Source: Schmidtea polychroa
Lineage: Eukaryota
Assembly (NCBI GenBank): GCA_044892525.1
Contig: CM097885.1
Coordinates: 25,236,001 to 25,300,000, forward strand
DNA length: 64,000 nucleotides
Reading direction: 5' to 3'
Below, one piece after another: positions 36,001 through 49,072 of the stretch; positions within the stretch are counted from its first letter, which is position 1, and each line of letters starts with the position of its first letter. The position numbers and the translations under genes are program-made. Below the pieces are notes generated by a model, which was given only the letters and a program-made list of their open reading frames with translations, was not told where the DNA came from and searched no databases.

Positions 36001-36329
36001 ATGCCAAAGGAAAGGAGTACGGAATGGATTCATGTTACTGTGATAAACGAGAGAGAAAAAAATCTGAATTGGCCAAATTCAAATGCATTTACTGTGACAA
36101 AGTTTATTCTGGTGGAATAATCCGTGTTAGAGGTCATCTTGCAGAAGAGAATATCATTATAAAATCATGTGAAAAAGTGCCGGCCGATATAAAAAATATG
36201 ATTAAAGAAGATAATATTGAAAGGGCAAACCAAGATGAAATGAAAAGAAAACGAGAAACGTTGGACAAAGCGACTAAACGTGATGCAAAATCGGACACAT
36301 TCATACACTTCAAGTTCAAAACAATATAG
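36001..36329 (+). pseudogene. hAT transposase N-terminus with BED zinc finger, frameshifted and truncated
   Basis: MPKERSTEWIHVT.. (frameshift in an A-run) ..KCIYCDKVYSGGIIRVRGHLA...SCEKVP. Confidence 0.78.
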
Positions 36330-36490
36330 TGTTCTTCTCGTTTTGGATCAAAATCACTTGAAAAAGGCAGTGCCGAAAAATCGTGAATATCAAAAATAAA
36401 TCGATATCATTACTGATTCATAGTCAAGTGTTTTAATAATTACAATGTCAATAGAAAAGAAATCAGTGGTGAAAATTGAAAAAAGTTCTT

Positions 36491-36537
<47 letters not shown>

Positions 36538-36562
36538 TAAGCATTTATTTTTACATATTCTT

Positions 36563-37018
36563 TCAGTGTGAAGGTTGAGCTTGCTTACGAGAAAAGATAA
36601 TGTTCCATCTGCGTTCCAAAGTCGACAAACAAACCCTTATTTCATCATCAATTGTGAGAAGTCTCTCTCTTTTAAGATTTGATTTCAGTAAATGCTGAAA
36701 AGCGAAACTCACGCAACCACACCTAAAAAATGTATTCGAATACCAACAGAAGCTTGTTCAAATATAATGTCTCTTGGAACAACTTCAAAAAATACTAGGA
36801 GTTATCAAAAAGCACAATATGCTGCCAGAATTGAAGTATGATCTATTACTTCGATTTAAATTTCCTTTTAGTCAACGGCAATATGGCGCAATTTTTAAGT
36901 AATTAATAAGTTATAAAATATATTTGCAAGATCTACCTGAGTAATTTCAGAGTTCAAAAACCCTAGCAATTTTGAATATTTTTCAAAAATCTTGTGGCTT
37001 ACAGGTTGGGAAACACTG
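36563..37018 (-). mobile_element. Internally deleted Buster/Charlie-type hAT element
   Basis: Reverse strand starts CAGTGTTTCCCAACC (TIR-like, at 37018) and ends with a degenerate ..FSAFTEIKS..RERLLTIDDEIRVCLSTLERRWNIIFSRKQAQPSH*, the typical Buster C-terminus. Confidence 0.78.
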
Positions 37019-38510
37019 ATCTACTAGCAGAGAATGGGCAACAAAAATCAATTGAGATTACATCAAATGGTTGAACACTACTGTAGATTTAATTCGTTTT
37101 TTTTAGTTTTCATTGTTACTGTCTTAAGCTTTTAACTTATTTAATAGTTTTGAATTTCTAGTCTAATTGCTTCCTTCATTTCTTCTTTATCATATCTGGG
37201 TATTATGTATTCTAAAATCTTCCTCGTCCGAGCATCGTATAATGGTATAATTTCTTATGCATTTCGAAAATGAATTCTTCTTTTTTTCTTTTGGTATCCA
37301 AATTTTATCATTTATTGTTATTATAATTCAACTCAAAAATTTTTCTTTGAAAAATAATTTCCAATTGTAAATCCATGTTCCCGAAAAAATTCAAAATTTT
37401 TGTACATTTTTGTGATTCAAAGTTTTTATCACGTCCAAATTACTTTAATCTGTTTATCTGTTTATTTTTAACATTAAATAAAACAAAAGTAAAAATAAAA
37501 CAAGATTAAAAATAAGTAAAACACAAGTAATAAAATAAGAAAAGCAAGTAGTTACAAATGAAACACATTTTAAAATGCATAAAAGCATAAAATTAATAGC
37601 ACTATTATTCAACTTTAGGATTAAACCATCTTCACCATAAAGTTACTCAAATCATTAATATGGCCAGTAATATGTTCATTTTGAGGAATAAACTTCAACG
37701 AGTAGCAACATCTCCCTGTTATTGCGGTTAAAATCGATTTCCCCGCGCGAGAATCCTTACTACAACTATCATTAATATTAGTCTAAGTAGTAACCCTTTT
37801 ATTAATAGTCAAGTAGCGATTTTCAACTTGCTATCCTCATTATCATTCGCCTGCTGATGCCACTGTCATGAAAATAATTATGTACATGTAAGATAAAGTA
37901 CAAAGGTTAATGAAAAATTAAATCATAGTAGGTAGAAGAAAACATTATTAAATTTTCGAGTGGTATCCGCAAAATCATTAATACGACCATCATTCGAATC
38001 AGGCCTATATCTAGCAGTATTAAGGTATTTAGACCTATAACCCTCAAATACTTTGGTACTATTAGCCTTAATAATACGGCTGTTGACCATAATAATTTTA
38101 AGGATTTTTTTATTATAATTTAACATGATAATTTACTACTATTATTATGATTGACCTGTAAGTATTACCCTTTTCCTCTTTATGGCCATTAGGGTCCTAC
38201 TACTGTTCTGAAGACCATGGAACCGTCTCATCACCGAGCTATTTGTTACCCAGCGATTTTCTTCTAGCTTAATAATACCCACAAAATTGACGAAAAATTA
38301 AACCGCGACGAACCAAATCATTTATTTTGTTGATTTTTCCAATGTTATCTTTACAGAATTATGACACAAATCAATTCCCAGCTGAAACCCTGCTTTTCAT
38401 ATGTGGACATGAATGCCTTAATGCCCATACAGCAGGAGAAAATAAAGTTATTAAAAAAAAGATCAATCGGCCTGAAGAGGATTTTGTTTATCCCCCTCTA
38501 GAAGAAAATG

Positions 38511-39340
38511 TGTTGGGCTAGAACCGAGAATTGAGAGTTGGTTTTAATGGATCGAAAATAAATAACATAAAAACCGCACAAAGTGGATTTAAAAATGTAC
38601 TATCATACACCAAATAATACAAAATAAAGTACACAACACATTGAAAATAAATGAAATACGTGGGTTAATTCGGGATACGCAGGGGTCACGGTCACAAACA
38701 CAGTTAAGAGAAAAATAAAGCATTCAAACTATCTACCAATTAGAAAAATAAAAGAATAGTAAATAAATTGAAAATTGAAACTAAAAATGTTTCCAGTAAA
38801 ACTGATAAGAATTAAAATAAAATTAGTTAAAATTATGTAAATCATAAAGTTGATAGAATTAAACGATTAAAATTAAAGAAAATTAAAATAAAATTAGCGA
38901 AAATTATTTAATTTATTAAAAAGAGAGGTTGAAGACTATAAATCAGTAATAAATCAGTAATAAATCAGTATTAAATCATAACGTATCTCAGCGGTGCATT
39001 TCGATGAATCAAAAGTCTGTATGTGTTTTTTGTAAGTGTTGTGTTTGTGTGTAGTTTTTAATTTTTCTTCCACTTTTCAGATTTCTATAGTATAAGATGT
39101 ATCTGACTGCACTCTAAATGAGAACATCAACGTGAAATTAAAGTAAGTATGTATGTTTCTATGTAAGATTATTGATTTTTTTGTTATATTATAGGAAACG
39201 GTTCTCAGTGGCGTTTGGTGTAAATACTGATTGCAAATTCAGTTGAAGTTAACACAATTTAGAACACAAATTTTGAAGATAAATTTCAACTTAACTTGTG
39301 AACTTATTTTCCGTGTAACCTGCTCTCGGTTTTCGGTCTA
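38511..39340. mobile_element. LTR-like dispersed repeat
   Basis: Starts TGTTGGGCTAGAAC (reverse complement at 58116-58129); internal part is homologous to ~22260-22435 (inverted) and weakly to ~8250-8480. Confidence 0.5.
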
Positions 39341-40063
39341 TGCCATCGTGGTAAGTTTGAAGTGGATTTGGTCATTTTATGAAATGTTATGATTTAATAA
39401 AACTTTATAATCAATTTAATTTAAATTAATTTTTATGTTAAGTAGTTTAATAGCTAAGGTCGTCGTAATCGGATCGCTCATATTTCGATAAAAATTTTTT
39501 AATGATGTTTTATTCGATTTCATTGGGTAGATGGTGCCATTGAATCTGAAAGGGTTCGCGGTGGGTTGATGCCGATTCGTATCCTTGAGGGTTCTAAGCA
39601 CGCAGTTGATTTGGATCCGTGGAGGGCCCTCCGGCGGGTTCGACACTGGACTTTATTTATGAATTTTTATTGAGTTAAAAGTAGTAAAGAAAATGAGATA
39701 GGTTGTAACCAAAGAAGGTTTGGATTTGGGGTGATATTGGAGTTATGATTTCGATTTTTTTAAAAGATAAGTCGAATATCATCGAATATAACAGAAGGTA
39801 TGGAACAAGATCTTTTCAATCTTAAAGGTTCTGAAAATATTATAAAATTACCTTCAGTTGAAAATAAACATACAAAATTACTGAAATATATGAAAAGGAA
39901 ATTTAAGACAAAAAACATTTATCCAAAACCAATTATAAGAAACACCAGAAAATATAAATAGATATTTTCATTCGAAGGAAATCCTTTGATGGAGTTGTTG
40001 ATAAAGATCATAATAATCCGGACCTGAAAATGTTGAAAAATATATAATGACATAGAGAAAAAA

Positions 40064-41275
40064 GGAATAATCCTATTACACACTGTTTAATTAAAAACAA
40101 ACTGTTTTAATTAAAATACACTGTTTAAATATTTAACCAAATTATTTATTTAAAATAAAAATGCCGCGAATCCAAAATATAACAAAACTTACGGAATTAA
40201 TATACAACGATGAAGAGCTAATTGCAACCAGATTTAAATCCGACAGTCTTTATGATGACTTGAAAAAATCCAAACTTGAAGTATTAGAATTTGTGGCTAG
40301 CTTAGGACTTATTAAAAATACTATGGATTGTGAAATGTGCAATGCACACATGAAGTTAGTAAAAGCGAAAAGGCTAGTTGATGGTTATGTGTGGAGCTGC
40401 ACACTCCCATGCCGAAAATCAACTTCTGTGCGATTCGACTCAATATTTTTCGATAGCAAGTTACCGCTAAAAGATTTGTTGATGACTATATTTTTTTGGT
40501 CAAAAAATCAACAACAAGATGAAATTTCTAATGATTTGACTTTAAATAAAAATACATTGGTCGAAAAATGTAAAGATCTTCGTGAATTGTGTGCGATGGG
40601 TTTGGAGGGATTCAACGATGTATTGGGGGGTATTGATGCGGACGGAAATCCAATCGAGGTTGAGATTGACGAGTCATGTTTTTCGAAAAGGAAATATAAT
40701 AGAGGCCGTCTAACAAACAGTAAGTGGGTTTTCGGCGCTTATGAAAGGGGTACTAAGAAGTGTTTTTTGGTAATAGTGCCTAATAGGAATGCTGATACTC
40801 TATTAAGAATAATAAATACGCGTATTCTGCCAGGAACAAGAGTAATAAGCGATGGATGGGCGGCTTATCGTCGTATAATTGAAAGCGGGCTTTTTACGCA
40901 CGACGTTGTCATACATGCGGACAACTTTGTTTCACCAACAGATACAAGCGTTCATACGCAAAATATCGAATCAACATGGGCTCATGCTAAAAGAAAATTA
41001 CGAAACCAATACGGATCGAAAAAATTATATTTAGCGGGTTATTTAAGTGAGTTTTTGTTTCGTCGGAAGTGTGATAAGTTTAAGGTCTTCAATGAGATTC
41101 TGCTGGTCATCCGGAAATGGTGGTAAATTATATTTAGGTTATAACTTGTGTATTATAATTTATAATTTGTATTATAATTTGCAATAAATATTAAAACAGT
41201 TTGTTTTAAATAAAACAGTTTGTTTTTAATTAAACAGTTTGTTTTTAATTAAACAGTTTATAATAGGATTATGCC
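40064..41275 (+). mobile_element. Merlin (IS1595/ISXO2-related) DNA transposon, apparently full length
   Basis: TIRs GGAATAATCCTATTA / TAATAGGATTATGCC (1 mismatch); subterminal AAACAGTTTGTTTTTAATT-type repeats; perfect 8-bp TSD AGAAAAAA at 40056-40063 and 41276-41283. Confidence 0.93.
40161..41126 (+). CDS. Merlin/ISXO2-like DDE transposase, 321 aa
   Basis: N-terminal CEMC...WSCTLPC zinc motif; VEIDES, KRKYNRGR, WVFG, ISDGWAAY, HTQNIES, YLSEFLFR; no stops or frameshifts. Confidence 0.95.
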   Translation: MPRIQNITKLTELIYNDEELIATRFKSDSLYDDLKKSKLEVLEFVASLGLIKNTMDCEMCNAHMKLVKAKRLVDGYVWSCTLPCRKSTSVRFDSIFFDSKLPLKDLLMTIFFWSKNQQQDEISNDLTLNKNTLVEKCKDLRELCAMGLEGFNDVLGGIDADGNPIEVEIDESCFSKRKYNRGRLTNSKWVFGAYERGTKKCFLVIVPNRNADTLLRIINTRILPGTRVISDGWAAYRRIIESGLFTHDVVIHADNFVSPTDTSVHTQNIESTWAHAKRKLRNQYGSKKLYLAGYLSEFLFRRKCDKFKVFNEILLVIRKWW

Positions 41276-41927
41276 AGAAAAAATAATGAAAGATTTATTC
41301 GAAAAACAAGAAGTTTTAAATTTTGAAATAATTTCTGTCCAATAATGTTCGCGATTGTGCTTTTATCTACTTTGTTGTACTCTGTTCGTTCTGCCTGTGC
41401 TGCAGTTTTCAATTTTAATTTCTTTACTACTGTTGCTTTTTAATTTTGAAGGCAAGTTCATAGAAGAATAACGATTATTATGTTGCAAACTATTTTATAG
41501 CAATTAGATTCTCGTGACAGAAAGTATTTGACATGCACAAAATTCGGTCTGTTGCCAGTAGCGATTAGTTTGGGTTAATTTAATTAAGTATAGCACAAAA
41601 TAAACATAAATAACATAAAATTATAAAATAAATTCGATTTTAGAGTAAGAATAAAAATAAAATCAATAAAGTGGTAAGAATTAGTATGATAAAACAATAA
41701 CAAATTTAAACTTAATATTTATAAATTTTGAAACTTTACTAAACATGATAACACGGAGAGGATTGAAAATGTTAATCGAGTCTAAAATCAAATTTTGTTT
41801 TGTAAATTAAAATTAGAATTAAAAGCTAGCAGCCGCGAAATGAGTTCTTAAATAAGTGACTTTGAAATTTTTTAGCTTCGCAAATAAATAAATCTGATAA
41901 ATGGAAATTTAAGTATAAATTTAGAAA

Positions 41928-42267
41928 ATGTCCAGTCAACTCTATCCAGATAAGGAAGAATATCAATCGGAACGGATCACTCGACTCCGAACCCGATGGA
42001 TTTCGTACTACATTCGCAATTGGATCGGGGGAAAGACTGGAGGATCTTGGACCTGTCATCCCTAACCGGACTGGAGCCCCAGCGTGGGTCAAGCAGGAAC
42101 CTTGCCGCAACCTGCTGGAGGAAGCCCGCACACAGGCCGAGAGATAGCTTGCGGAGGACAAATACAAACCTCGACGAATCAAGGCTCATATTCATTCCGT
42201 AGAAGCCGGCAAATCAGTTGGGGAGGCAGAGGTCGAGTCGACCCCTCCACGGAGGCGCGGGAGATGA
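41928..42267 (+). pseudogene. Unknown protein family, copy A (frameshift plus internal stop)
   Basis: MSSQLYPDKEEYQSERITRLRTRWISYYIRNW / ERLEDLGP...AWVKQEPCRNLLEEARTQAER*LAEDKYKPRRIKAHIHSVEAGKSVGEAE; homologous to copies B and C. Confidence 0.7.
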
Positions 42268-43379
42268 TCAATAACAATCAGATGTTCTCTAGCCCACGGA
42301 GAATACAAAAGCCAATTTTTATTTTTGAGTTTTCTTAATTTGGTACTTGACATTGACGGTTTATGGGTCATTTTGATATGATAATTGCTTTTCTGTTAAA
42401 ATTGGAATTGCAGTCGGTTAAAAATTTTATGTGCAATTAATGTATTTATGATTTTGTGCTGTTATTTAAATATACAAATTTTTATTCTTAAGTCTGATAA
42501 ATAAATATATTATTCCTTTTGTTGATATTAAGCTCGGGTTGGGTATTGTACCACAAGAAGGGATTGATTATAAAATACAAATTTTTTTTTATTAATATAT
42601 ATTTGATTAATTTAGTACAAAAATAAAAATTTGGATTTATCTGTAAGTCGCTCAATCCATTTGCACTTTAGCACCCTTAGGCAGGTGAATGTTATAATGA
42701 CAAGCCCTAACTACGTTTAATAAATTCATTTATTAGCTTGAATGTGAAACTGAGGCTTATAATACATTGTTACTTACCTGGAAATTAACGATAAGCTTTA
42801 TAGTAAAATTAGTTACTAACTTGAAATTAAAGACAAGTTTATATTGAAATTATTTACTAACTCGCAATCAAAGATAAGCTTTATATTAAATTTGTTTATT
42901 AATTCGAATTTGAAGTTAGATTTTATAGTGAAATCCTTTATTACCTTGAATTAAAGATAGTATTATTGGAGTTTAAGATAAGTCTTATAATCCAATGTAA
43001 AATCTCTTGTAGTTTTCCATAAATATACGAATGTTTATATTAATAAAATTTTGCTAGTTGTTTAAATTGATTAATTTGGTAACTCCATTAGGCGATTTTT
43101 TCTTTTTAATTGCAAATATTTACCTGCTCAGGGACCAAAGAAATTATCTCGAATCGGATATTATATTTCCACTCGAACCAATCTCAGGGAGGCGTAATAC
43201 AACGATTCGCGTCTTTTACACTTTCTCTGTATTCCCTAACTGGAATTGATGTAGGTGGCTGGAACAGCATCATCGCTTTCGGTAATTCTATTTGTTTTTA
43301 TTTAACTGGTATTTTCAGTGTCTTGTGCTGCTCTTCCTCGGGACGGGGATCAGTCTTATCATACTCCGTTGTCCCTCCG

Positions 43380-43700
43380 TTTAGCATGTCTCTTCCAATG
43401 GCAGACCCTGGACTATATTTCTCTCTTATGAAAAGGGATTTCATGTCTTATTATATGTCTGTAATCAGAATTCCAATTTCATTCCAAGTCTAGGTACAAA
43501 ATAACTCTATTTTTACGTTCCTAATGTCCATCCTCGACAGATAAGTCCTCAGGAGAAAATGGGTTAATTATGATATTTCGCATTCCTCCGATGCCTTCCA
43601 CTGTGGGTTGTATGACTACCGGAGTCCTGATCTGCAGGGATCTCTCCTCGCCCAGTGTATGTCTACTTCAATCAACGAAAATTCTATCATGGGAGGATTT
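43380..43700 (-). pseudogene. Degenerate retropepsin (LTR retrotransposon protease)
   Basis: Reverse strand gives a disrupted DTG-like segment, then PTVEGIGG (flap) and AIGRDML in the expected order. Confidence 0.55.
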
Positions 43701-45320
43701 TACAATCTTCTGTAATTCCGTGCCATTTTAATGTTAGAAGCAGAAATTTCCTTTCAAATTTCAGAAGATTGACAATCCTTCAAGTTGTCTCATCTGGGCA
43801 ACCCTTCAGCCAATAAAAGTTCGATTTCAGGATATATTTTCATTTGTTATTAATTGTTTGATTTTTCATCTAGGAGGGTTTGCAGTTCCCTTGATAAACT
43901 TTGCCTGATTACTTTTTTCTGAGAGGATTTACAATTTCCATTCAATCAGTGTTGATTTATGCGTATATTTTTATTACTTTTAATAAATCTTGTTTGATTT
44001 TCCTTTTTGGAATTAGTTATCATTTATACAGTAAATTTTTATTCCAGTTTAGGCTTTTTGTTTTTATCCAAATGAATTTACGACTCGATTTTTGTTTCTA
44101 AATAAAGTTGGATCTACACCGAATTGAACTAACTTGAGAAATTACTTGAGGGTTGTTGTCCGACAAAAACTATGATTTATCGAAAATTCTAACTTGTCAA
44201 AAGTTGCATATGCTTAATTAGGTAATTTATTTTGGTGTGGTTAGGGGACGGTGGTCATTTTACTTGAGGGGGTCGTACATAGAATTCATAAATTATAATC
44301 TTTAAAACTTCAAAATTTAGTCAAGCTTATGAAATAAATAATTTGCATTGATAAATGGTAGTAGTACTTAAAGGGGGGGGGGGTCACAATTAAAAATTGT
44401 AAATTATAATATTAGAGTTAAAACATATATAATTAAACTATTTAGGTTAATGTACTTATTATCAAGTACGTCATTGGTTTAATCATGAAGTATTTAAAGG
44501 TTTTACCTTCGACTTTTTAACTTGACATAAATAGATCTAATTTACATAGGCAACATGTGAGTCTTAGTTATCAATAGGGTGATATAGATAAATATATGTA
44601 GAACTATAAGGGGGTTAGGGTGTTCGTGGATGTTAGTATGTCGGGTAGTTTCGATTTTCGTTACTTCGGCCGAGAACAAGGGAGTCTGTTGCTAATTTTG
44701 GATTGATGCGTTATTATGATAGGATTGGTAGGAGATTTTTTAGGCTAAATTTAGTAACAACATAAAAAAATAGATAAATCTAATGTTTTGCCCAATAAAA
44801 GTTGGAGGTTGACCATATAGGCTAATTGACAATAATAGGGTGAAAATTAAAGTAATATGGATCTATTGAATAATAATAATACAATAATTTACATAATAAA
44901 ATTAATCAATGATGGTAAAATTCGTAATGTATAAATTAATCAATATCATTAATGAGGACGATACAATATTTATTCATAATTTTAACTCATTTGGATACTT
45001 TATTAACACAGAATTAGGTCATGATTGTTATTGAAGGTTAGGTTCGTCAATGTATTAAAGTCTCAATTAAAAAGACAATACAAGATTGTAATAAAAAAGA
45101 AATTCGAATTAAAGAGCCAATTCAACATCGTCAATCCAAAAGACAATGGAAATTTGTAAAAAAAGACAATATATTTTTTATATTTAAAATATTTTTAAAT
45201 TTGTTGAGCATTACTTTTTCTAAGTGTTATTATTATTATTAATATTGTGTATATGAAAAAACACATTGTCTTTGTTCTAAAAATAGATTAGCCTTTGTCT
45301 TACCACCTCTTAAATACCTT

Positions 45321-46153
45321 TCATGACAAGTGGATTTGGTGTGTTGTGTCTTATCACTTTATTCTAACACTAGTAACGCCTAATTGCCATTTGAAGTGAT
45401 TACATACTGGTTTTAATCCGATGGGATCTAACATACCTCATATTGGATTTCCATTTATTATCGTACCCCAAATGCTACTACTTCTTGGTAAATCAAAATA
45501 ATTTTGTGATAGGTAAATACAACAATTTTTATTTCTTGATTTTGTAACTTCGTAATTAGGAGGAAGTGTGCTCCATGACTCATTGTTTTGTCATTTTTTG
45601 ACATAGCCCCTAGGATATATATATATATACATATATATACATATGTACATTAAGGTTTGAAAAAGTTCGAAGGTTTTTGACCCTTTGAAGGTGGAGGACC
45701 TACCATATACATTCGATGGTATTACTATTGGGTAGACCTCTTCAAGACCTTTCGAATGATACCCTTGTTCGAAGGTTTGACCTCATGTGACTTTTGGAAT
45801 TCAAATTTGAAATGAGTCATATGACCTTGACGAGTCATCAATTAAAAGAAATTTTTCCTAGGGGCTATGTCAAAAAATGACAAAACAATGAGTCATGGAG
45901 CACACTTCCTCCTAATTACGAAGTTACAAAATCAAGAAATAAAAATTGTTGTTGTATTTACCTATCACAAAATTATTTTGATTTACCAAGAAGTAGTAGC
46001 ATTTGGGGTACGATAATAAATGGAAATCCAATATGAGGTATGTTAGATCCCATCGGATTAAAACCAGTATGTAATCACTTCACATGGCAATTAGGCGTTA
46101 CTAGTGTTAGAATAAAGTGATAAGACACAACACACCAAATCCACTTGTCATGA
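45321..46153. repeat. Near-perfect long inverted repeat
   Basis: Arms 45321-45615 and 45856-46153; by eye one substitution and one 3-nt indel; 240-bp spacer. Confidence 0.93.
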
Positions 46154-48121
46154 CATAATAGTATACCTAAGGGACCATCAGCACCTCATACCACAATCTA
46201 CAGACGCCAGACGTCTCGTTTCTACTACTGATTAATCTCGATAACTATATTCGAGAAAAACACGAATTATCGGCAGTTAATTCACCTAACAGTATCCAAC
46301 GATTGCATTTTATCTCATAGACACTGCAAATGCACAGCTAATTAACCAACCTGATCGATTTAGCTTATACAGACTAGATAATTCGGCTAATTGGCTTATG
46401 TGACAATTCACGTCATCTGTTAATGATACGGGTAGAGTAGACTAAACTCATAATGTTCCGATTAAGTCTTTTCTAAAAACTTAGTAGAGTTCAAATAGTC
46501 AATTCAGGTCACATACCTATCTAGATAATAACTGACAATTTGAAGTGATAATTCGAACAATCGTACAATGATAATGAAACGGATTCTGCTACATATAATA
46601 AATTTTTCTCTAGTAAAGTCGACCGATCCCTCCCCACTAAATAATCTAAAGAGTAAGGATCACCGGGTAAAAGTTTTCGCCTTGATTTTTGGCGGTTAAA
46701 TCCAGTTAGAATAACTAGATGTGAGGGGAAATTATCCTATAAATTATGCTAGCTCATCGTTGAGAGGAGTCTGGATAGGCTTCTTTAACTGGCTAAGTTT
46801 ATGTCTTCATTAAACAAACTACAAGTAGGTGGGCAAACGATAAACTACTGTTGTTGAGAAATGCGTTTAACTTAGGTCAGCTCATTTAAATATATTTATG
46901 ATACACCGAACATAGGATTGAATCAATTAATCATTTCCATAGGAAATCTCCCTTCTTACTCGTTCATCACAACTCTAAATAGTCTGCGAAAATTGTCATA
47001 TAATTTGTTTAAATATTTTATAAATCGTTAAATTAAAACTATCAATTTGAATAAATAATGACTCCAGGTTGCTTTAATGAGTCAAGCACCCCCAAAACCT
47101 TTGTCATTCACGGCAAACGACGCACCTTCGACGTCGCCAATCAAACCAAAACGCCGTCAACCCACCCAGGCATAAAGAAACAAGAAGTGGAAGGTCCTAC
47201 GAGGCGAAATTAGTCGCCGAAGCCGTACTAGGAAATCAGCAGGCGTCAGTCGAAAAGTCACATTTATCTCATCCTCCTTTTAGAGTTATTCCGCCCAGTA
47301 CTTCTTGGGAAGACAATGCGAGAGACTTCTCTGACTTGGACGAAATGTTCGCCGGGGCTTCCCCATCTACGTTATAAAACTCAACGAGAATCCTGAAATT
47401 TTAAAGACAACAAATAACTGAGAAATTGTCCACGACATTAGTTGTGTTGATGTGATATACTGGGTATTATATTAATTATATTATTGGGTATTATATTAAA
47501 AGTTTTGTGTTTATGTGGTGTTGTCTTTTTCAATGTTTCCACAATGTGATTTAATGCAGTATGATTGTTGGATAATGTATGGGAGAAATAAAAGAGTACG
47601 GGTCGATGGTTCGATGAGTGATACGAGACGTAAGTCCTTCTATATGCAGTCAGGAGATGAGTAAGTCGAGATGTGGTGGAGGAGTAGTCCTAAGGCAGGG
47701 GCTCACCGTGTCCCGCCATCATAGCACAGTACCAACATGATGAAAATGATGGGCGTCATGGTGAGGAAATAGTCATCGGGGTTTTTGGGCTAGCGGTCAA
47801 CGACGAATGCTTGTATATTTTCGATTGACCTTCATCCCCTAATAGCGAACGAAGGTGTTCTGACCTAGACCGACGACCCAACATCTCCCCGGAACAGAAC
47901 CAAATCAATCAACCTCACCAATCATCTATTACCCAGTTCCGGTCGTTTATTCGGCGAATTTTGAATCAACCTCAGTTCGTCCGCTTCCACAGGCAGTAGT
48001 TAGTGGTCCATTGCTATTTATTGGCCTTATTATGGCGGCAACTGCATCACCAGTCCAGCCTCAGAAGCCCAAACGGAAACACCTGCGTTGTGCGTTGCGT
48101 TGGGTAGCCATGAGATGAGAT

Positions 48122-48337
48122 ATTTCTGAAATAATTGGGCCAGGAGCTTCTACAGTTGCATCAATTGTCGAGAAAAACACTCGTAAATCGATTTTACAAT
48201 TTGACAAATCCAGAATCATCAATGCCATGGAAAATGATGAAAATTACTATGATTTTGGAAGATTTTTAGGAATCACCATAAGTACAGCCAAATGTATTAT
48301 TTACAAATATAAAAAATATGGTGAAATGTTGAGTTAA
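48122..48337 (+). pseudogene. Tc1-like transposase N-terminal HTH fragment
   Basis: RKSILQFDKSRIINAMENDENYYDFGRFLGITISTAKCIIYKYKKYG has a paired-like HTH pattern; truncated. Confidence 0.6.
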
Positions 48338-49072
48338 AAGTAGAAATTAGTGAAGATTCTTTGGATATGAGATCAACCAACAGCCACAATTTTTGATTGG
48401 TGAAAACAAAAATTGACTAACCAGTGCAGCAATATCCAACTATGAATAACTTCAAAATGGCTGAAAGTTTAGTGTGAATAGCCTGAGTTCTACAAATGAT
48501 CAAAGTCAAAAATTAGTGTGTAGAGCTACTAAAAGTGATCGTGAAAGGAGCCCGAAATTAATTCAGAACTACAAAAACTGATGTTTTAAAGAATTCAACT
48601 ATGAATAGTAGCTCTTAATTTTGAATCAAACAAGTTCATGTGAAAATCGATAAATTACGATATTACCGATTAGTTAAAGCTAGCTTTTGGAGAGACAAAT
48701 TATGTAAAATGAAAGAAATGTTTGATTTGTTAATAATTTTATGATAATATATTTTTATAATTGTAAAATAATTTTGAATTTTATATTGATAATTTTAAAT
48801 TAATAATAAATTTATATTGATCATTTTATTAAAATTATATAAATTATATTTATATGGCAGAAATACGAAACCTCGGGTGTACCCAAATTTGTTCCAATTT
48901 TATGAGATGAATAATTCAGAATTCAGAACGATAAACACTGAAGTTTTAAAGAATTCAACTATGAACAGCAATTATGTTAACTTTGAATCAAACAAATTCA
49001 CGAGAAATTACATAACACTAAAGGAACCTTTAGAAATGTATAATTTCCATGAAGGGCTGGATTAAAAGCCCG

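Noticed and set aside
40161..41126. Bacterial IS1595 contamination
   Set aside because: It is integrated with a TSD in eukaryotic repeat DNA, and its motifs fit eukaryotic Merlin.
42021..42040. G GGA AAG as a programmed -1 frameshift in family copy A
   Set aside because: The homologous downstream frame is +1 here, whereas copy C needs -1; independent decay is the simpler explanation.
41826..42338. Track ORFs 41826-42182, 41977-42195, 41996-42202 and 42084-42338
   Set aside because: Alternative or antisense frames of the GC-rich family copy A.
45860..46450. env/glycoprotein-like decayed frame
   Set aside because: Only vague Cys/Trp spacing with many stops; not supportable without a profile search.
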